Notes under the pieces: model-generated
What the model was told of the DNA's origin: nothing
The model's database searches: none
The model's input: the letters and a program-made list of their open reading frames with translations, nothing else
Made by a program: the position numbers and the translations under genes
In this document: one piece after another, positions 42,216 to 56,019 of the stretch
How the letters are laid out: the number at the start of each line of letters is the position of its first letter
Numbering within the stretch: position 1 is the stretch's first letter
DNA from: Eledone cirrhosa
Taxonomy: Eukaryota
Direction of reading: 5' to 3'
DNA length: 64,000 nt
NCBI GenBank assembly: GCA_964016885.1
Contig: OZ024750.1
Span: forward strand, 1,612,001 to 1,676,000

Positions 42216-45200
42216 TATATAAAGGCTGTAAGTAAAAGAATCCAATACTGACACGTATATCAATGGACGTTTTTCGTCAGGAGATTTAATTTCAATACAA
42301 AGAATTATCAGACACTAATTCGTTTTTTTTTTCTCGGTAAAATTGATATTTGAATTGTCGTTATTTAGCTACGGATGAACTCTAATCTATCAAAGAGATG
42401 ATCAAAGGTGGTCCAACAGTCAGACAATTTTTTTTTTTTTTTTTTTTTCGTCAGAAATATCTAGGACTTCATATATCATGCAATTTCTCATTTTATTTTT
42501 AATCTATTATAAAATTGATTTTGGCTGCTATTTCTAGCTGGGAGAGTAACCGTGTTGATGTTCCCTCAGGGATAGATTATTTGAATTGAGTTTCAATTTA
42601 ACGGAAATTACATGTTGGAGAAAAATTCCACTTCCCAATGTCTTTACACATTTTAGTTAGTTATATCGAAAGAAAGGCAATAACATTAATTTATGAATAT
42701 GAAACGCCAGTCACTTTAATGTTTAGATATAATGTACAACAATGTAATTTATGAATTAATTATTTAAATTGAAATGTTTGATATTAATAACTTCTAATCG
42801 CACAATTGATTGATAGTTTCATATAATTGATTTATTATAATTTTTAAAATGGGCCTATCATAGATTAGAATTGACATTTTCGATATTATAAAAATTAAAT
42901 GATTAATCTAAAAACACGTGTTCAGACACGCATGCACCTACACCAACATAAATGCGCATACATTTGGTTACATGTGTAATTTTCTTCATCTATTTTCTAC
43001 ATGTGTACCTGATATATTTACACTATACACGCGCATGTGTCTATTTTCATTAGAGTATATATATATATGTGTGTGTGTGTGTATGTGTGTGTGTGTAGGA
43101 ATGTATGCGTGCGTGTGTATCTTCAGTGTCACTTGTGTCTAGTAACTTTGTGTCTCTGCGTGATTATCGGGACTTAAGTGTAAAGGCACGCCACTGGCCT
43201 GCCTAAATCACCATCCGACCGTATTGTTTTCACATATAGGACAAGGTCAGGGAACAGATTACAAACATATTAATTAGTTTCTAAATGACATCAGTTTGAC
43301 ACATACACTTGCACTTAAACTGGTGTGCTCTCAATGAAAAGTCTTTTTTTTAATTTGACGCTCTTTTATTTACTGGTTAGACATGTATTAACATATACAA
43401 CTATTTTCCAACGATATAAATAACTCTTACATCAATGTCTTACTTTCAGACAAGGAACTAATGAGATTGTGGGGTATTCAAGGATTACCCACGAGAATTA
43501 CATTATGTGGTATTGCGATCGAGTTGTTAGCTTCTCAGTTACGTAGTTTCGGATTGGACTCATTCGAGGTTTTGATCTTTGTCCTACTGTTTGCGACAGA
43601 GGTTACTAATAGTGATTGCATTAAAAAGCTAAATAATAACAATGCCACAGCAACAATAGCAACAACAACAAAAACATGCTGCATATTCTAAGAATAATTA
43701 CAACTGGTAGTGTTAACCGTGTAGTGTTTCTTAAATATACATATATGTGTTGTTTATGATCTACTTAGGTCTGACAGATTTAACACACTTGGAATCTAAG
43801 GAGTCTTAACTGTTCCATACAATATCCATGATTTATATTGACTAAGCAGATGACCAATAATGTTAATGTAAGTTGTATAATCGAGTTATTCCACCCTAGT
43901 TGTTTCTTACTGGTGAATGTTTTATCGATCTCGGAAGGATTAAGTCATAGATCACCCGACATTTTAATGAGCCCTGACAGAGTAGAAATAAGATCAAAAT
44001 TTTATGCATCAGAAATTAATTTTTTTACATTCAGAAAATAAAGTTGTTTTCTACTAACGGAACAAAATACCAAATGTCTCACATGAGTATAAAACCCATT
44101 GAACTGACTCTAAAATGTATTTATGGCACTTATTTTATCGACGATAGAAAACTTTTGAAGGCACTCGAACGTATAAGTTAAAGAGTCGGGATTACAAACA
44201 GTTGGATATTTCTTCCAGTACTAAAATGATTCTTTCAGTCACCAACAACTTTCAGGGATCTTTAGACGTTAACTACTCATATATTGGATTGATGTAGGAC
44301 TTTAAATGATATTTCGGATAGTCGAAATACAACGCATTCTAACACAAATGATCGAAATCATGAATTTAAACAACATTGACAATAACAACATGCATTACAA
44401 GAAGCGGAAATTGCATTGTAATAATTTTTTTTAGTTAATCTCTTCCACAAGTTCAAATTTTGACTGGATCAAGTTTGCTTCCCGAAGACAATCAATAAAA
44501 TAAATACCAATATTATGTCAATACAATGTGTAACACTAACACGTTATCAATGATATATTGATGCTGAATCATTCTAATACCATCCCTACATTCGATCTCT
44601 TTAAAAGTTAGTACCAGAAACTTTTTCATAAAATTAGCCACAACACCCTCTAGCAATTATTGGCAATTTTGTAACTTAACTTCACAGAGTAAATATCTTT
44701 CCTGAGAATCCGAACAGCGATTACGTTTCCAACTAGAAAAAATCATTGCATTTGTTTCATCATTAGACATTTACTGCACACGCTTATAAAATTATCAAAG
44801 TTGATACATCTTCAATAACACATACCATAGGCGTTAGATATATTGATGATGTTTACTAAAACGTTTTCGAGAACTATCGCTTCTGGTAACTAAATAAAAG
44901 AAGGCGTAGAAGATGTTCATACGTTACATCTATTGCGGATGACTTTAATAAACGTGGTAGAATTGATTTCAGGAAATATATTGACAGATCCCACTCAATC
45001 AATGGCGGTTAGAAATGTTATGACAATATATAATTTATTTCTTGTACGACTAATTGGAATTTTTACAAGTTGTCTTAGAAAGGCTCATCTCATAATAATA
45101 TCTGTATTCGATTTAAGAACAAATCCGGAAAATACAAGTACTATTCAACATATTAAAGAGATCATTACCAAATTTGGGCAGAAGCTGTGTTCTGCCAATG

Positions 45201-45598
45201 ACAAAAATCAATCGAAGCAGCAATCTATTCAACTCCAATTATATAAATGAAGTGGAATGTTTAATAAAATTATTTTCAAAAGGTGGAAATGGTGAACGTT
45301 ATTTTTCCAGTGCACATAAATCAAATATTAATTCTACATATAAATGAGATAGATATTGGTTTTTGGCCATTTATTTCGTTTCTGTGCAGTCTGTGATACG
45401 AGGCAGACACATGGAAGAGAATTCAACCCATTACAAATCCAAATGTTCCTCTATTGAATTGACGGGAAACTAAATTAATCGTAACCCAAACCTATACACA
45501 CCTATATAAACACGCACAAACACACACACGATCAGACACACAAATACACACATACACGCATACATATATAAACACACATACATACATATATACATACA

Positions 45599-45632
<34 letters not shown>

Positions 45633-46295
45633 CATACATATATATATATACATATGTATTAGGTATAAGTTTAGTAGAAAATATGTAGGAGCAACTGGAT
45701 TGAAATTATCGATTCATCTTAACAGCGTCAGAATCCTTTCAAAATACGGTTTTACGACGATTGATTCCTAATTCTTTTTCACATTTTGTTTGATATACAC
45801 ATAAATCTCTTATTTTAACATGAATATATAGCTTGAACTTATAGTGTTATAGCTTAAAGTAATTTCGTGCTCTTCTAAGGCTAAATGTGCAATATTATAT
45901 ATCATGCCAAATAATCTGCCTTTTTTAACATCAGCAATCCTGTTGATATCTATATGGAAATTATTTATCATTCACAGATTCTGATTTATTTTTAACTTTC
46001 GAACAATGCTATGAATGCTTATGGGATTGGGAAAGTTGATTGAATCTATTCCAGTAGAAATCTGGTAGTAATTTTATAAACTATGGTGACACAATCTGTG
46101 ACATGGTTTGTATTACAGATTCAAATCATTTTCTCCAACTGATTGGGTGGGACTCAGGTAAAGTAAGATGTTTTGTTCAACGACACAACTCACCACCTGT
46201 AACCGTACTCAATACCTTCACAATTGTGAGCCCAACACCTAAAACACTAATCCACGCCCCTTATTTTTAATAGACATACACCCATATTAATTAAT

Positions 46296-46478
46296 TGTTT
46301 TTACTTTTGGCACAAGGCCAGCAATTACCCAATGCATTACTGGTACTGTATTATATCGACCCTGTAAGGATGAAAGGCAAAGTTAACCTCGGCGGGATTT
46401 GAACTCAGAATGGTAAGGGCCGTAACTCTATGCGTCAAAGCATGGCGTCTGACCCTCTACCAATACTGACAATCCACA
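46296..46478 (-). mobile_element. SINE family A, near full length
   Basis: Close match to the 4804 and 1930 copies, with imperfect TSD cacccatattaattaat / cacccacattatttaat. Confidence 0.9.
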
Positions 46479-46841
46479 CCCACATTATTTAATACACTGA
46501 TAATACGAAAGTAATACTCGTAGCTGATAAACAAGAAAATATGTATGTAGCTATAGACGGGTGTGCTCAGACACGTACGTTTTGGTACGAATAATATATA
46601 CGCCATTTTACCGTTTTATATGTTATCCATTTATAATTATAAAATGTCTTAGGATTGATCGCAAAAATAGAGAAATTATACAAAACTATTTGTAACAAAA
46701 ATGTTTAGCGGACGTCCCGAACTGTTAGTCACATGACCAGAATCTATCATTGATCTGTCTAATCTCTAACGGGATTAGCTTAATCCTTTTTAACGTAATC
46801 TAAACCATGCAGTACACATTTCCACGTAAAGGAGAATATTG

Positions 46842-46927
<86 letters not shown>

Positions 46928-47035
46928 TCTATCTATCTATATCTCTGTGATTCATACACACACAAACACACATACATTACATCCATACATACATATACAT
47001 ACTCAGAAACGCACACACTCATATACTTATGTGTG

Positions 47036-47226
<191 letters not shown>

Positions 47227-47849
47227 TTGTTTGCATCAGGGACACATAGATATATAAAGACAGCCATCCAGATGCATAAACATATACAGAATGAGCTGGG
47301 GAAATATATGAGAATGTACAGCAGTAATATTAATGTCTATATTTTTTTTTAGTTCAGATTAAGCTTGTTATCTCTGGTTCGGAGATGATGTGTATTAGAA
47401 ATAGATTTGGGTCGAATCTCTCAACTGTTACTTCCAACCATCCTTCAGAATAATTAACTTATGCCTCGATATATCAGATTGTACGGGGATATATTGGTGA
47501 GAGTGTTAATGTAACATTCAATGTGCATTTTCGTGTATGTCCACGTCTGTGTGTGTGTATGTGTGTGTATGAGTGTTTGCGAGCTTGTGTGTATATGTGA
47601 GTGTATTTATGTACGTAGGTTGAGGAGTTGGGTGGTTGCAGATATGAATCTCATATAAAAGTCATATTTCAATATTGCATTATAAATATATTTGCAAATC
47701 CTATGTATTACTATTTACAATGCCGTTGTTTCGTGCAAATATTGTGAAAGGAACATGAGAAACTGATGACGAGAATGAGAGACGAGAAGAAGGAGAGAAG
47801 AAAAAAATAAGAATAAATGATAAATGGAAAGAAAGCAAACAAAGAAGAG

Positions 47850-47986
47850 AAAGCGAGTGAGAGAACGAGTGAGAGTGAGAGAATGAGAGCGAGAGAACGA
47901 ATGAGCAAGCAAGCGAAGGAGTGAGAGAGCGAGAGAGAGAGCGTGAGAGAGAACGAGTGAACAAGCAAGCGAAGGAGTGTGTATGT

Positions 47987-48017
<31 letters not shown>

Positions 48018-48065
48018 ACGAGTGAACAAGCAAGCGAAGGAGTGTGTGAGAGAGAGATAGAGAGC
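47850..48065 (+). repeat. Purine-rich minisatellite, 3 copies of gagagaacga(a/g)tga(a/g)caagcaagcgaaggagtg
   Basis: Unit seen near 47891, 47946 and 48011, separated by (GA)n. Confidence 0.85.
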
Positions 48066-48224
48066 AATATTTACAACATTACACCTTCATTCTAATCGCT
48101 GTATATCTGCTATAAGTATTCCTTAACAGATGTCTTGTCTCTTTCTTACATAAGTGGAGTTTCAACAGTATTTATCAGTAGATACACACACATACACACA
48201 CACACAGACACACACAGACAGACA

Positions 48225-48266
<42 letters not shown>

Positions 48267-48279
48267 TACACACACACAT

Positions 48280-48314
<35 letters not shown>

Positions 48315-48326
48315 TTTATCTATATA

Positions 48327-48400
48327 CAGGTGTTTCAAAAAATGTAAGCACATTTATTAGAATGCTGTTAATGCTTGTATACATTTTTTGCGACACCCTA
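48327..48400. mobile_element. Same MITE family, internally deleted copy
   Basis: caggtgtttcaaaaaatgta...tttattagaatgctg...tgtatacattttttgcgacaccct. Confidence 0.7.
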
Positions 48401-48455
48401 TACACACACACACACACACACACGCACACACACACACATACACACACACGCACAT

Positions 48456-48521
<66 letters not shown>

Positions 48522-49573
48522 CAAAATAATATATACATATATACAATATATGTAATCATACGTACAGTTTTATACAGACAGACAGACACACACATACTCT
48601 TTCACACACACACACACACACATGTGTGTGTGTATTAGTTAGGTGTCGGATGAGTGGGTGGAGTTCTTTAATCTCTAAGATGGAGTGCCACAGATTAAAG
48701 CAAATATATAACAACTTGGCTTTCACCAATGTCAGAGTGGCCTAATAACAATACTTCCGATTTGAGAAGAGTATAAGTAGTTTTGGCGGTAAACTGTCTC
48801 GGGAGGAGGGGGGCGAGGAGATGTGGTGGTGGTGGAGGAGGAGGGGGTGGGGGTAGAGGAGGTTTGGGAGGACGAGATGGATGTATAAATGTGTCAAATT
48901 AAATAAATAAAAGAAGGTGAGATGTAGTCATGCTAAATAGTTAACTAATTATTTCTTGATTAGCAATGACAAGTCGAAGACGAGTAGTGTTAAATGTTTT
49001 GTCTAAAGATAATAACCCAGTTACACAACAAGCAACTGTAGTAGTAGACAAGAGGACACATATAAGTACAATAAGTTCAACATCATTATTACTAATATCT
49101 TTCTTCTACTTAATAAATAACGCCTTTGTATTTTCATTTATTCATGTAACAAAGACTTAAATTATTATTTGTGAAAAATAATTCTCAGTTTTGTATAATT
49201 TTGAAAACATTGAAAGGGTTGGCAATGTTTGTACAATAAATTTATTAGTATAATTGCAAGAGAGTTAGGAAATGTCCACTGTTGAAGAATTACTAATGGG
49301 AAAATGTTCAACATTTCTAAACGAGCTTTTGCCGTGGGTTCTGAAACGCATACTTCACAGTCGGAGCTGAGTTGGTTGCTCGCAGGTTCGATCCCCGCGA
49401 GATTTTTTCAGCGAAGTTCTTTCAGCGCGTTCTCCCTCGCCGTCCTCCGTATTCTCCACGATTTCGGCCGGGACTCAGAGGTGGAGCGCAATATAGTTAT
49501 AAGGTTCTCATGTAGAGGCCTAGTGAATTAGGAAGCCTAGTATGGTCAGTTAATATGGAATTTAACACACACA

Positions 49574-49607
<34 letters not shown>

Positions 49608-49673
49608 ACAGAAAACCCGAGCTGAAACTACAAGTCTTGCGGTCAAGATTCCTCAATGTATATACATACATAC

Positions 49674-49755
<82 letters not shown>

Positions 49756-50010
49756 ACACTGCATATTTGTTCTGATACTAAGAAAGAAAACAACAGAAAG
49801 AAAAGTGTGGCGATTGCGTAAACTTCTAAATTTAAAACTTTTTCCAAAGACAAGCTGTTGCAATAATTAAAGCTATTAACTAAACGAGGATAAAGAGCAA
49901 CGTAGTTAACCCCACACAAACTTACAGAACTTAATTAGAAAACTACTGTTCAACAAATAGACCACATATACCAAATCTTTGAACATTTGGTTCAATAAAG
50001 ACGTAATAAT

Positions 50011-50109
50011 TGTTTCTACTTTTGGCACAAGGCCAGCAATTACCCAATGCATTACTGGTACTTTATTCTATCGACCCCGGAAGGATGAAAGGCAAAGTTA
50101 ACCTCGGCG
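50011..50109 (-). mobile_element. SINE family A, 5'-truncated
   Basis: Core plus 3' end, with TSD aata(a)agacgtaataat on both sides. Confidence 0.88.
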
Positions 50110-50270
50110 CAATAAGACGTAATAATGAAATATACGACTAAATACTTTCGACTTCACATCCAGGACCAGCGTTTCACAACCTTTTTACCCTTGTGGACTC
50201 CTTGAAATGGTTTTCATGTCTCAGGGAACCCCTTCATAAAAATTATTATATACCATTATTAATATAAAAG

Positions 50271-50471
50271 GGCGGTGGATTGGCAGTATCGGTAGATCGT
50301 CAGACACCATGCTTTGCAGCATTGAGTTATGGCCCTTTATGTTCTGAGCTCAAATCCCGCTCAGGTTAGCTTTGCCTTTCATCCTTACGGGGTCGATAAA
50401 ATAAAGCACCAGCGATTTAATCGACTTTTCCCTCCCCTACAATTGATTGTCTTGTGCCTAAAGTAGAAACA
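50271..50471 (+). mobile_element. SINE family A, full length
   Basis: GGCGGTGGATTGGCAGTATCGG head, core and tail ending gtgcctaaagtagaaaca. TSD-like attattaatat(a/c)aaag. Confidence 0.9.
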
Positions 50472-51443
50472 ATTATTAATATCAAAGTATGTCGTTAGGC
50501 GCTCTACCGTTACTGCCAATTCACCGCCCTTCATCACCACCACCTACATCAACAATAATATTGATAGATTATTTTACCCTATCTGGAGCACCTTTCTTGC
50601 CACATATGTTAATAAAAACAATACAGGGATGGGACCATCATAAAGAAAATCATTAGAAAAGAAAATATGACCTCAGTTTCACAATAAATCTATATATGCT
50701 AAAATGTAATATTTAAGCTATAAATTAGAGAGAAATGTATTTATGAAATAATCAACAAAAATTAAATGATACCAGGTCTAATTGGAGGCTATTAGCCTTT
50801 ATGTTAATGAAATAAACGTCTGGTGATTTGTAAATGAACAGAATGAAAACAACTATACTGTTTCCATTTAGTGTGCAGAGCATTTTTTACGTTAGCCAGC
50901 AAAATATCCTTATGGAATTTCATTAAAAAATATGAACAATTAAATATACCAGAATCCATATTCAGAGGAATTTTTTTTGTTTTCTTTAATAAATTGCTTA
51001 CGAAATTGCAATATTTGTTACACTAAGAAATAAACATTATAGTATTTCGCTTTATGTGTGTTATTAAATTTCCGATAAAACATAAAAGAAAATACCAATA
51101 AAATGAAAGTTTATTTTCATAAAGCTCTGTATAATATATGTGCTGTGTCTGCCTAATGTCCTATTATCTTTACAATTGGCACATAAGATAAAGTACTTCA
51201 TGTACCTTCTGAAAAATAAAATAAAAACGGGATATTCATGGCTACAATGGCGATATTTCTGTCTGCTCGATCAGGGCTAAACAATAACAAGCAGTTTCTG
51301 CAATATTGTTTTCATTTTGGGGTCAATGTTAGTTTTGTTTTCTGAAATTATATGTAGTCGCCGCGGGGTCTGACTTAGTTATAATATCTAATCCCCCAAT
51401 GTCTGGAGATCGATTCCGTCATATATTTTCAAATATAATAATG

Positions 51444-51585
51444 GTTTCTGATCTAGGCACAATGCCAGCAATTTTGGGGGAGGGGAAAGTCGATTAAGTC
51501 GAATCTAGTGCATTACTGGTACTTTACTTTATCGACTCCGTAAGGATGAAAGGCAAAGCTAACCTCGGCGGGATTTGAACTCAGA
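51444..51585 (-). mobile_element. SINE family A, 5'-truncated
   Basis: Core tttatcgactccgtaaggatgaaaggcaaagctaacctcggcgggatttgaactcag. Confidence 0.85.
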
Positions 51586-51599
51586 TGTATATGTGCATA

Positions 51600-51671
<72 letters not shown>

Positions 51672-52213
51672 AGTATAAGAGAGAGAGTGTGTGTGTATGT
51701 TTTGGTCATACAGAGTTCTTTAATAAGAAAAACTTTAATAGAAAACTTGAAAAGTCAAGTTATAAACATAGCGTAGTCATGTCGGTACAACATTATTGAA
51801 TAATTACACTAATTATTCAAAATGACCATAGAAAATGCTCTCTCATGTTGATATAAAATATTTCCATCTAAGTTCCAAACAAATAGCTTCAAATTACTTT
51901 ATTTCACTTATTTATTATTTTGTTCACTTTTTCTTTCTTTTCAACAATATTTCTGCACCCTATTCATATTTCTGTATATATTCTCTAGTCTTAAGGCTAC
52001 TTTGGCAGTTTTAATATTTCTATAAAACAATGTTTACAAATGTAATAGTGTGTCCAAGTTCAATAACATTATCATTAAATTAAAGAAAATGAATTATTTG
52101 ATAAAAATTACATTGTATATTTTATATCTAATTAAGACATTATACTTTGTCATATATATATTTACATTGGTAATGTTTGTCATAACAATAGATATAGCTT
52201 ACATTGTGAATAA

Positions 52214-52329
<116 letters not shown>

Positions 52330-52964
52330 GGTGGTGGTGAATGCACGCTGTTATCTTATATAGAGGGATAATGTATGTGTTTTGATGCATGGTAATAAAA
52401 GAGTTGATTTGACATTACAGGACGTACGTATAAGCTATTATAATGGAGAATAACTGTCATGACTAAATATACCATTTTTGAAGGCGTTCATTAAAACATA
52501 TATGTATACATGAACATGAATCTACATATGTTAGTGTTACGTCCCTTTACGTTCTGAGTTCAAATTCTGCCTTTCATTCTTATGGGGTCGATAAAATAAA
52601 GTACCAGTAACGTATTTATCCATATTTCAGACACGTAGTCTAATTGGGGAACAACACATCGATCATCCGTTTTGTTTTCAACTGTTTCAACTCCTCCTTT
52701 GAAAAGAGGGTTACAGTCCTGAAATATGTTGAAATACACCGGGTAAAGCATTACTTTGTTTTGTTTTATTTATCATTTGGCCTTTTTATTTTACCGTCTT
52801 GTTGAAAATTATCGGTCTTTTTATTTGGGATTATTTGTCTCAAGAAATCATCTTCCTAAATCAGTAAGAAACACAGATTTTGGAAAGATAACATAGACTT
52901 TGTGATATTCCATAGCGACAAGAACAGTACGTGTATTTATACTATGAAACTTTCTTATAATAAT

Positions 52965-53068
52965 TGTTTCTTCTTTTGGCACAAGGCCAGCAATTACCCA
53001 GTACATTACTGGTACATTATTTTATCGACCCCGTAAGGATGAAAGGCAAAGTTAACTTTGGCGGGATT
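52965..53068 (-). mobile_element. SINE family A, 5'-truncated
   Basis: Core plus tail with TSD ttataataat. Further family A fragments lie near 1595-1680 (-), 52535-52610 (+) and 59647-59737 (+). Confidence 0.85.
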
Positions 53069-53764
53069 TATAATAATACCAATATAATATGCAGTTTCAT
53101 TGTCTGTTTCTCATTTTCACCAATTCTGGATAAAATAAAAGAGACAATTGCTTTTCACCAAATATATATAGAATTGTGTGAATACTTATTATATGCTTGG
53201 CTAACATACAGGTAATAATGTTGAGACTCGTCATAAATAGTGTTGTTTATGTTGGAAAATATCTTTAACGTCTTTGTGCTAAAATATCGATTAATATGCT
53301 TTAAAAATATACAAATGTTTAGGCAAATTATAACGTAATGCCATTAACAACAGCTTGTCCATAGCCCATAATTAGATCACCTAAATCCTTGAAAATAAAA
53401 GCAAATTGTATATTGTTGGACAATGAATATGTGATCAGAAAACAAATTATGTTTCTGTACGTCAGACAATACGACGTGGGAAATGCTTTAGAATATTCTA
53501 CAGTGAATTATTTACTCCATTCTTTTTTATGACTGTGTTATTCCATATCGTTTGTTGAAGTTTTAGCAAAATAATTTCCTCCTTAATACCAAAGTTGTCC
53601 TCTAGCAACCAAATATGTCATTCTTTACCTGGTAACAATCTATATACTACTAAAACTTTGTCATTGTGTGCTTGTCTGTAATGTAATACAGTCAAAACAG
53701 CCATAATGGGAAAATACTTTGAAAGGAAGTTGCCCTTGAAATGGGAATACAAATGGAATAAAAC

Positions 53765-54080
53765 AAGTTTCGTGTAAATCGGAGCACGAGTTCCCGAGAT
53801 ACGCGGTTTTTCCGGTTACCTTCATAAATAGCCAACAGCTCCGTGATATCCAATAACTTTCTCTATATATATTATAACCCCCTTCCTTTCTAATATATTA
53901 TAACCCCCTCTCTATATATATTATAACCCCCTTCTTTTCTAATATATTATAGCCATCTCTCTATATATATTATAACCCTCCCTCTATATATATTATAACC
54001 CTCTTTCTTTCTATATATTCAACCCTCTATATATATTACTGGACTACCCGTGACCCAAAGAGGTACGGGTAGTCTACGTT
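53765..54080 (+). mobile_element. Possible non-autonomous Helitron-like remnant with internal minisatellite
   Basis: aagtttcgtgtaaatcggagcacgagttcccgagata motif, a ~22-bp minisatellite (ctctatatatattataacccc, 53860-54035) and a terminal hairpin gactacccgt...acgggtagtc ending CTACGT. Confidence 0.4.
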
Positions 54081-54448
54081 TTCATAAGCCTACTCCTGTC
54101 AAACTCAAGCAAGCAATCAACATCGACATTTTAGCATATTCGCCAAACACACTACAGAGATGTGCGGCATAGTTTATTCAGCATGTATAAATGATTTAAA
54201 CAATGTATTTGCTTAAACAACATCTGGTACCTTCCACGTGGAAGGAGAGAATAAAAAGGAAACACTAATTTTCAGTCCTCGATTAGAATATGGAGAAGAA
54301 ACTCGCATGACAGGACTGAAAGTGACAAAATATCAATATACACTACATTAACATTGGGAAACCAAAGTATAATATATCTGAAACCAAGTACGCCATATTG
54401 GCCATAAAATGTCGGACAGAGACAACAAAGCATTTTATCCGACGCTCT

Positions 54449-54550
54449 AGGTGTCCCCCAGAAAATGTATACACACTTCAATAGCATTCTAATAAATGTT
54501 GCCCTGTACATGTCTCAAAGTATACATTTTTGGGGGGGGGGATACCCTAT
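54449..54550. mobile_element. Same MITE family, opposite orientation
   Basis: aggtgtcccccagaaaatgtatacacacttcaatagcattctaataaat...gtatacatttttggg...gataccct. Confidence 0.75.
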
Positions 54551-54573
54551 ATATTTCGAGTATACAATATTAA

Positions 54574-54700
54574 GTGAAGGCGTGTGGCTGAGTGGTAAGA
54601 GAATTGGATTCGCAATCGTGAGGTTATGAATTCGATTCCAGGACCGGGCGATGCGTTATGTCCTTGAGCAAGACACTTTATTTCTCGTTGCTCCTTCTAC
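54574..54700 (+). mobile_element. SINE family B, 5' portion
   Basis: gtgaaggcgtgtggctgagtggt...ttcgattccagg...tgtccttgagcaagacactttatttc matches the 4015 copy. Confidence 0.85.
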
Positions 54701-55556
54701 CTGGAGTTGCGACCGATAGATAGTATTAGCAATTGGAACGACCAACGGAAACATTGTTTCCTCGGTCCGATTTGACGAAAGTCGATCGACAGTCATACTA
54801 TTAAGATAATTCTCACGGCGTGTAGAGAGAGGTTCTGTTGTTGGCTACAACTAACGAGTGGCCATCGCAGCAGTGACCCTATTTGTTAGACATATCTGTT
54901 AGAAAAATCAAAGATGTCGTACAAAAGTAGGACATGGTAGATAACATGAATATCCATGCACCATAATTACAATTTAAAGTTTGGATCATAATTATTTTCA
55001 ACTGCATTGTAGCAATTTACTAGAGTAACGAACCAACACGAACGCCTCTATATGATAGCTCAGCTTGATAGAATTATTAATCAAATTTCTCTTAAATCAT
55101 ATATCATCTTTTAAAAGAGCTAGAACGCCTTTGATCATATTTCTGTTCAGTCAGGGATCACATGCAACGCTTTATGAATGTTTCCTCTTATTTTATAAAG
55201 AACATGTGCAAAATATAAAAATTGCAAAATAATTAGATGCGAACAGTTGACAAGTAGATACCTAACTTGATTAGCGTTGATTATTCAGTTGTATTTCTAT
55301 CGTACATGATCATATACACATATATTAACATACATACAGATCCATACAGAGAGGAGGTGGTGTTGCTTGATACACAGGTCTGATGAGCAGATCAGGCTGG
55401 AGCTGGGTCTATAGCATTTACATGAACCCTGAGCCACCCATCTGTGAAACGATCATAACTGTGTATAATCAATACAAAACTTAGTGTAAAACCTCGTCAG
55501 AAATATTATATTATTTAATATAATATTGAAACCATGGGTAGCGCCTTTGTTCCATC

Positions 55557-55620
55557 TATGAACTAAAATTGATAATATAATATATATATATATATATTAT
55601 ATTATCAATTTTAGTTCATA
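55557..55620. repeat. Perfect 64-bp palindrome centred on (TA)n
   Basis: tatgaactaaaattgataatataatatatata|tatatatattatattatcaattttagttcata. Confidence 0.95.
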
Positions 55621-55788
55621 TATACACAGATATAAACTAAATCAATGTAACAGCATTACATTGTGTAAATGAATACGTGTCACCAGCTAAAACATACAAG
55701 TGTACAAATAAGTAGCAGCTGTTCCTGTATTTACGTAAGTATATGCAAGTTATTGTCAGTATATGTATGAAGGATCAAATAAGTTCTC

Positions 55789-55822
55789 CCGATGAGCTGG
55801 CATTAAACAGGAGAAACTAGTC
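55789..55822 (+). ncRNA. Decayed hammerhead ribozyme motif
   Basis: CCGAUGA-GCUG(GCAUUAAA)CAGGA-GAAA-CUAGUC, with palindromic stem III ACUAGU and a GUC triplet. There is a U4->C change and stem I is poor. Confidence 0.45.
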
Positions 55823-55945
55823 AAGTTGTTCTTCAGTTCTTTCTGAAAAGTGGTGGATCTACATGCACAATAGGGCTATATGCTTGCTTACTAAACTTAT
55901 ACGTGTAAATGTATCATAACACATACAAACCCCGGTCAGACACAC

Positions 55946-56019
<74 letters not shown>

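Noticed and set aside
53860-54035. CRISPR-like repeat array
   Set aside because: Units are contiguous and degenerate with no unique spacers, there are no cas genes, and the context is eukaryotic.
54579-54645. tRNA gene (also 4020-4083)
   Set aside because: It has A/B boxes but no proper cloverleaf acceptor stem and runs directly into a SINE body, so it is a SINE head.
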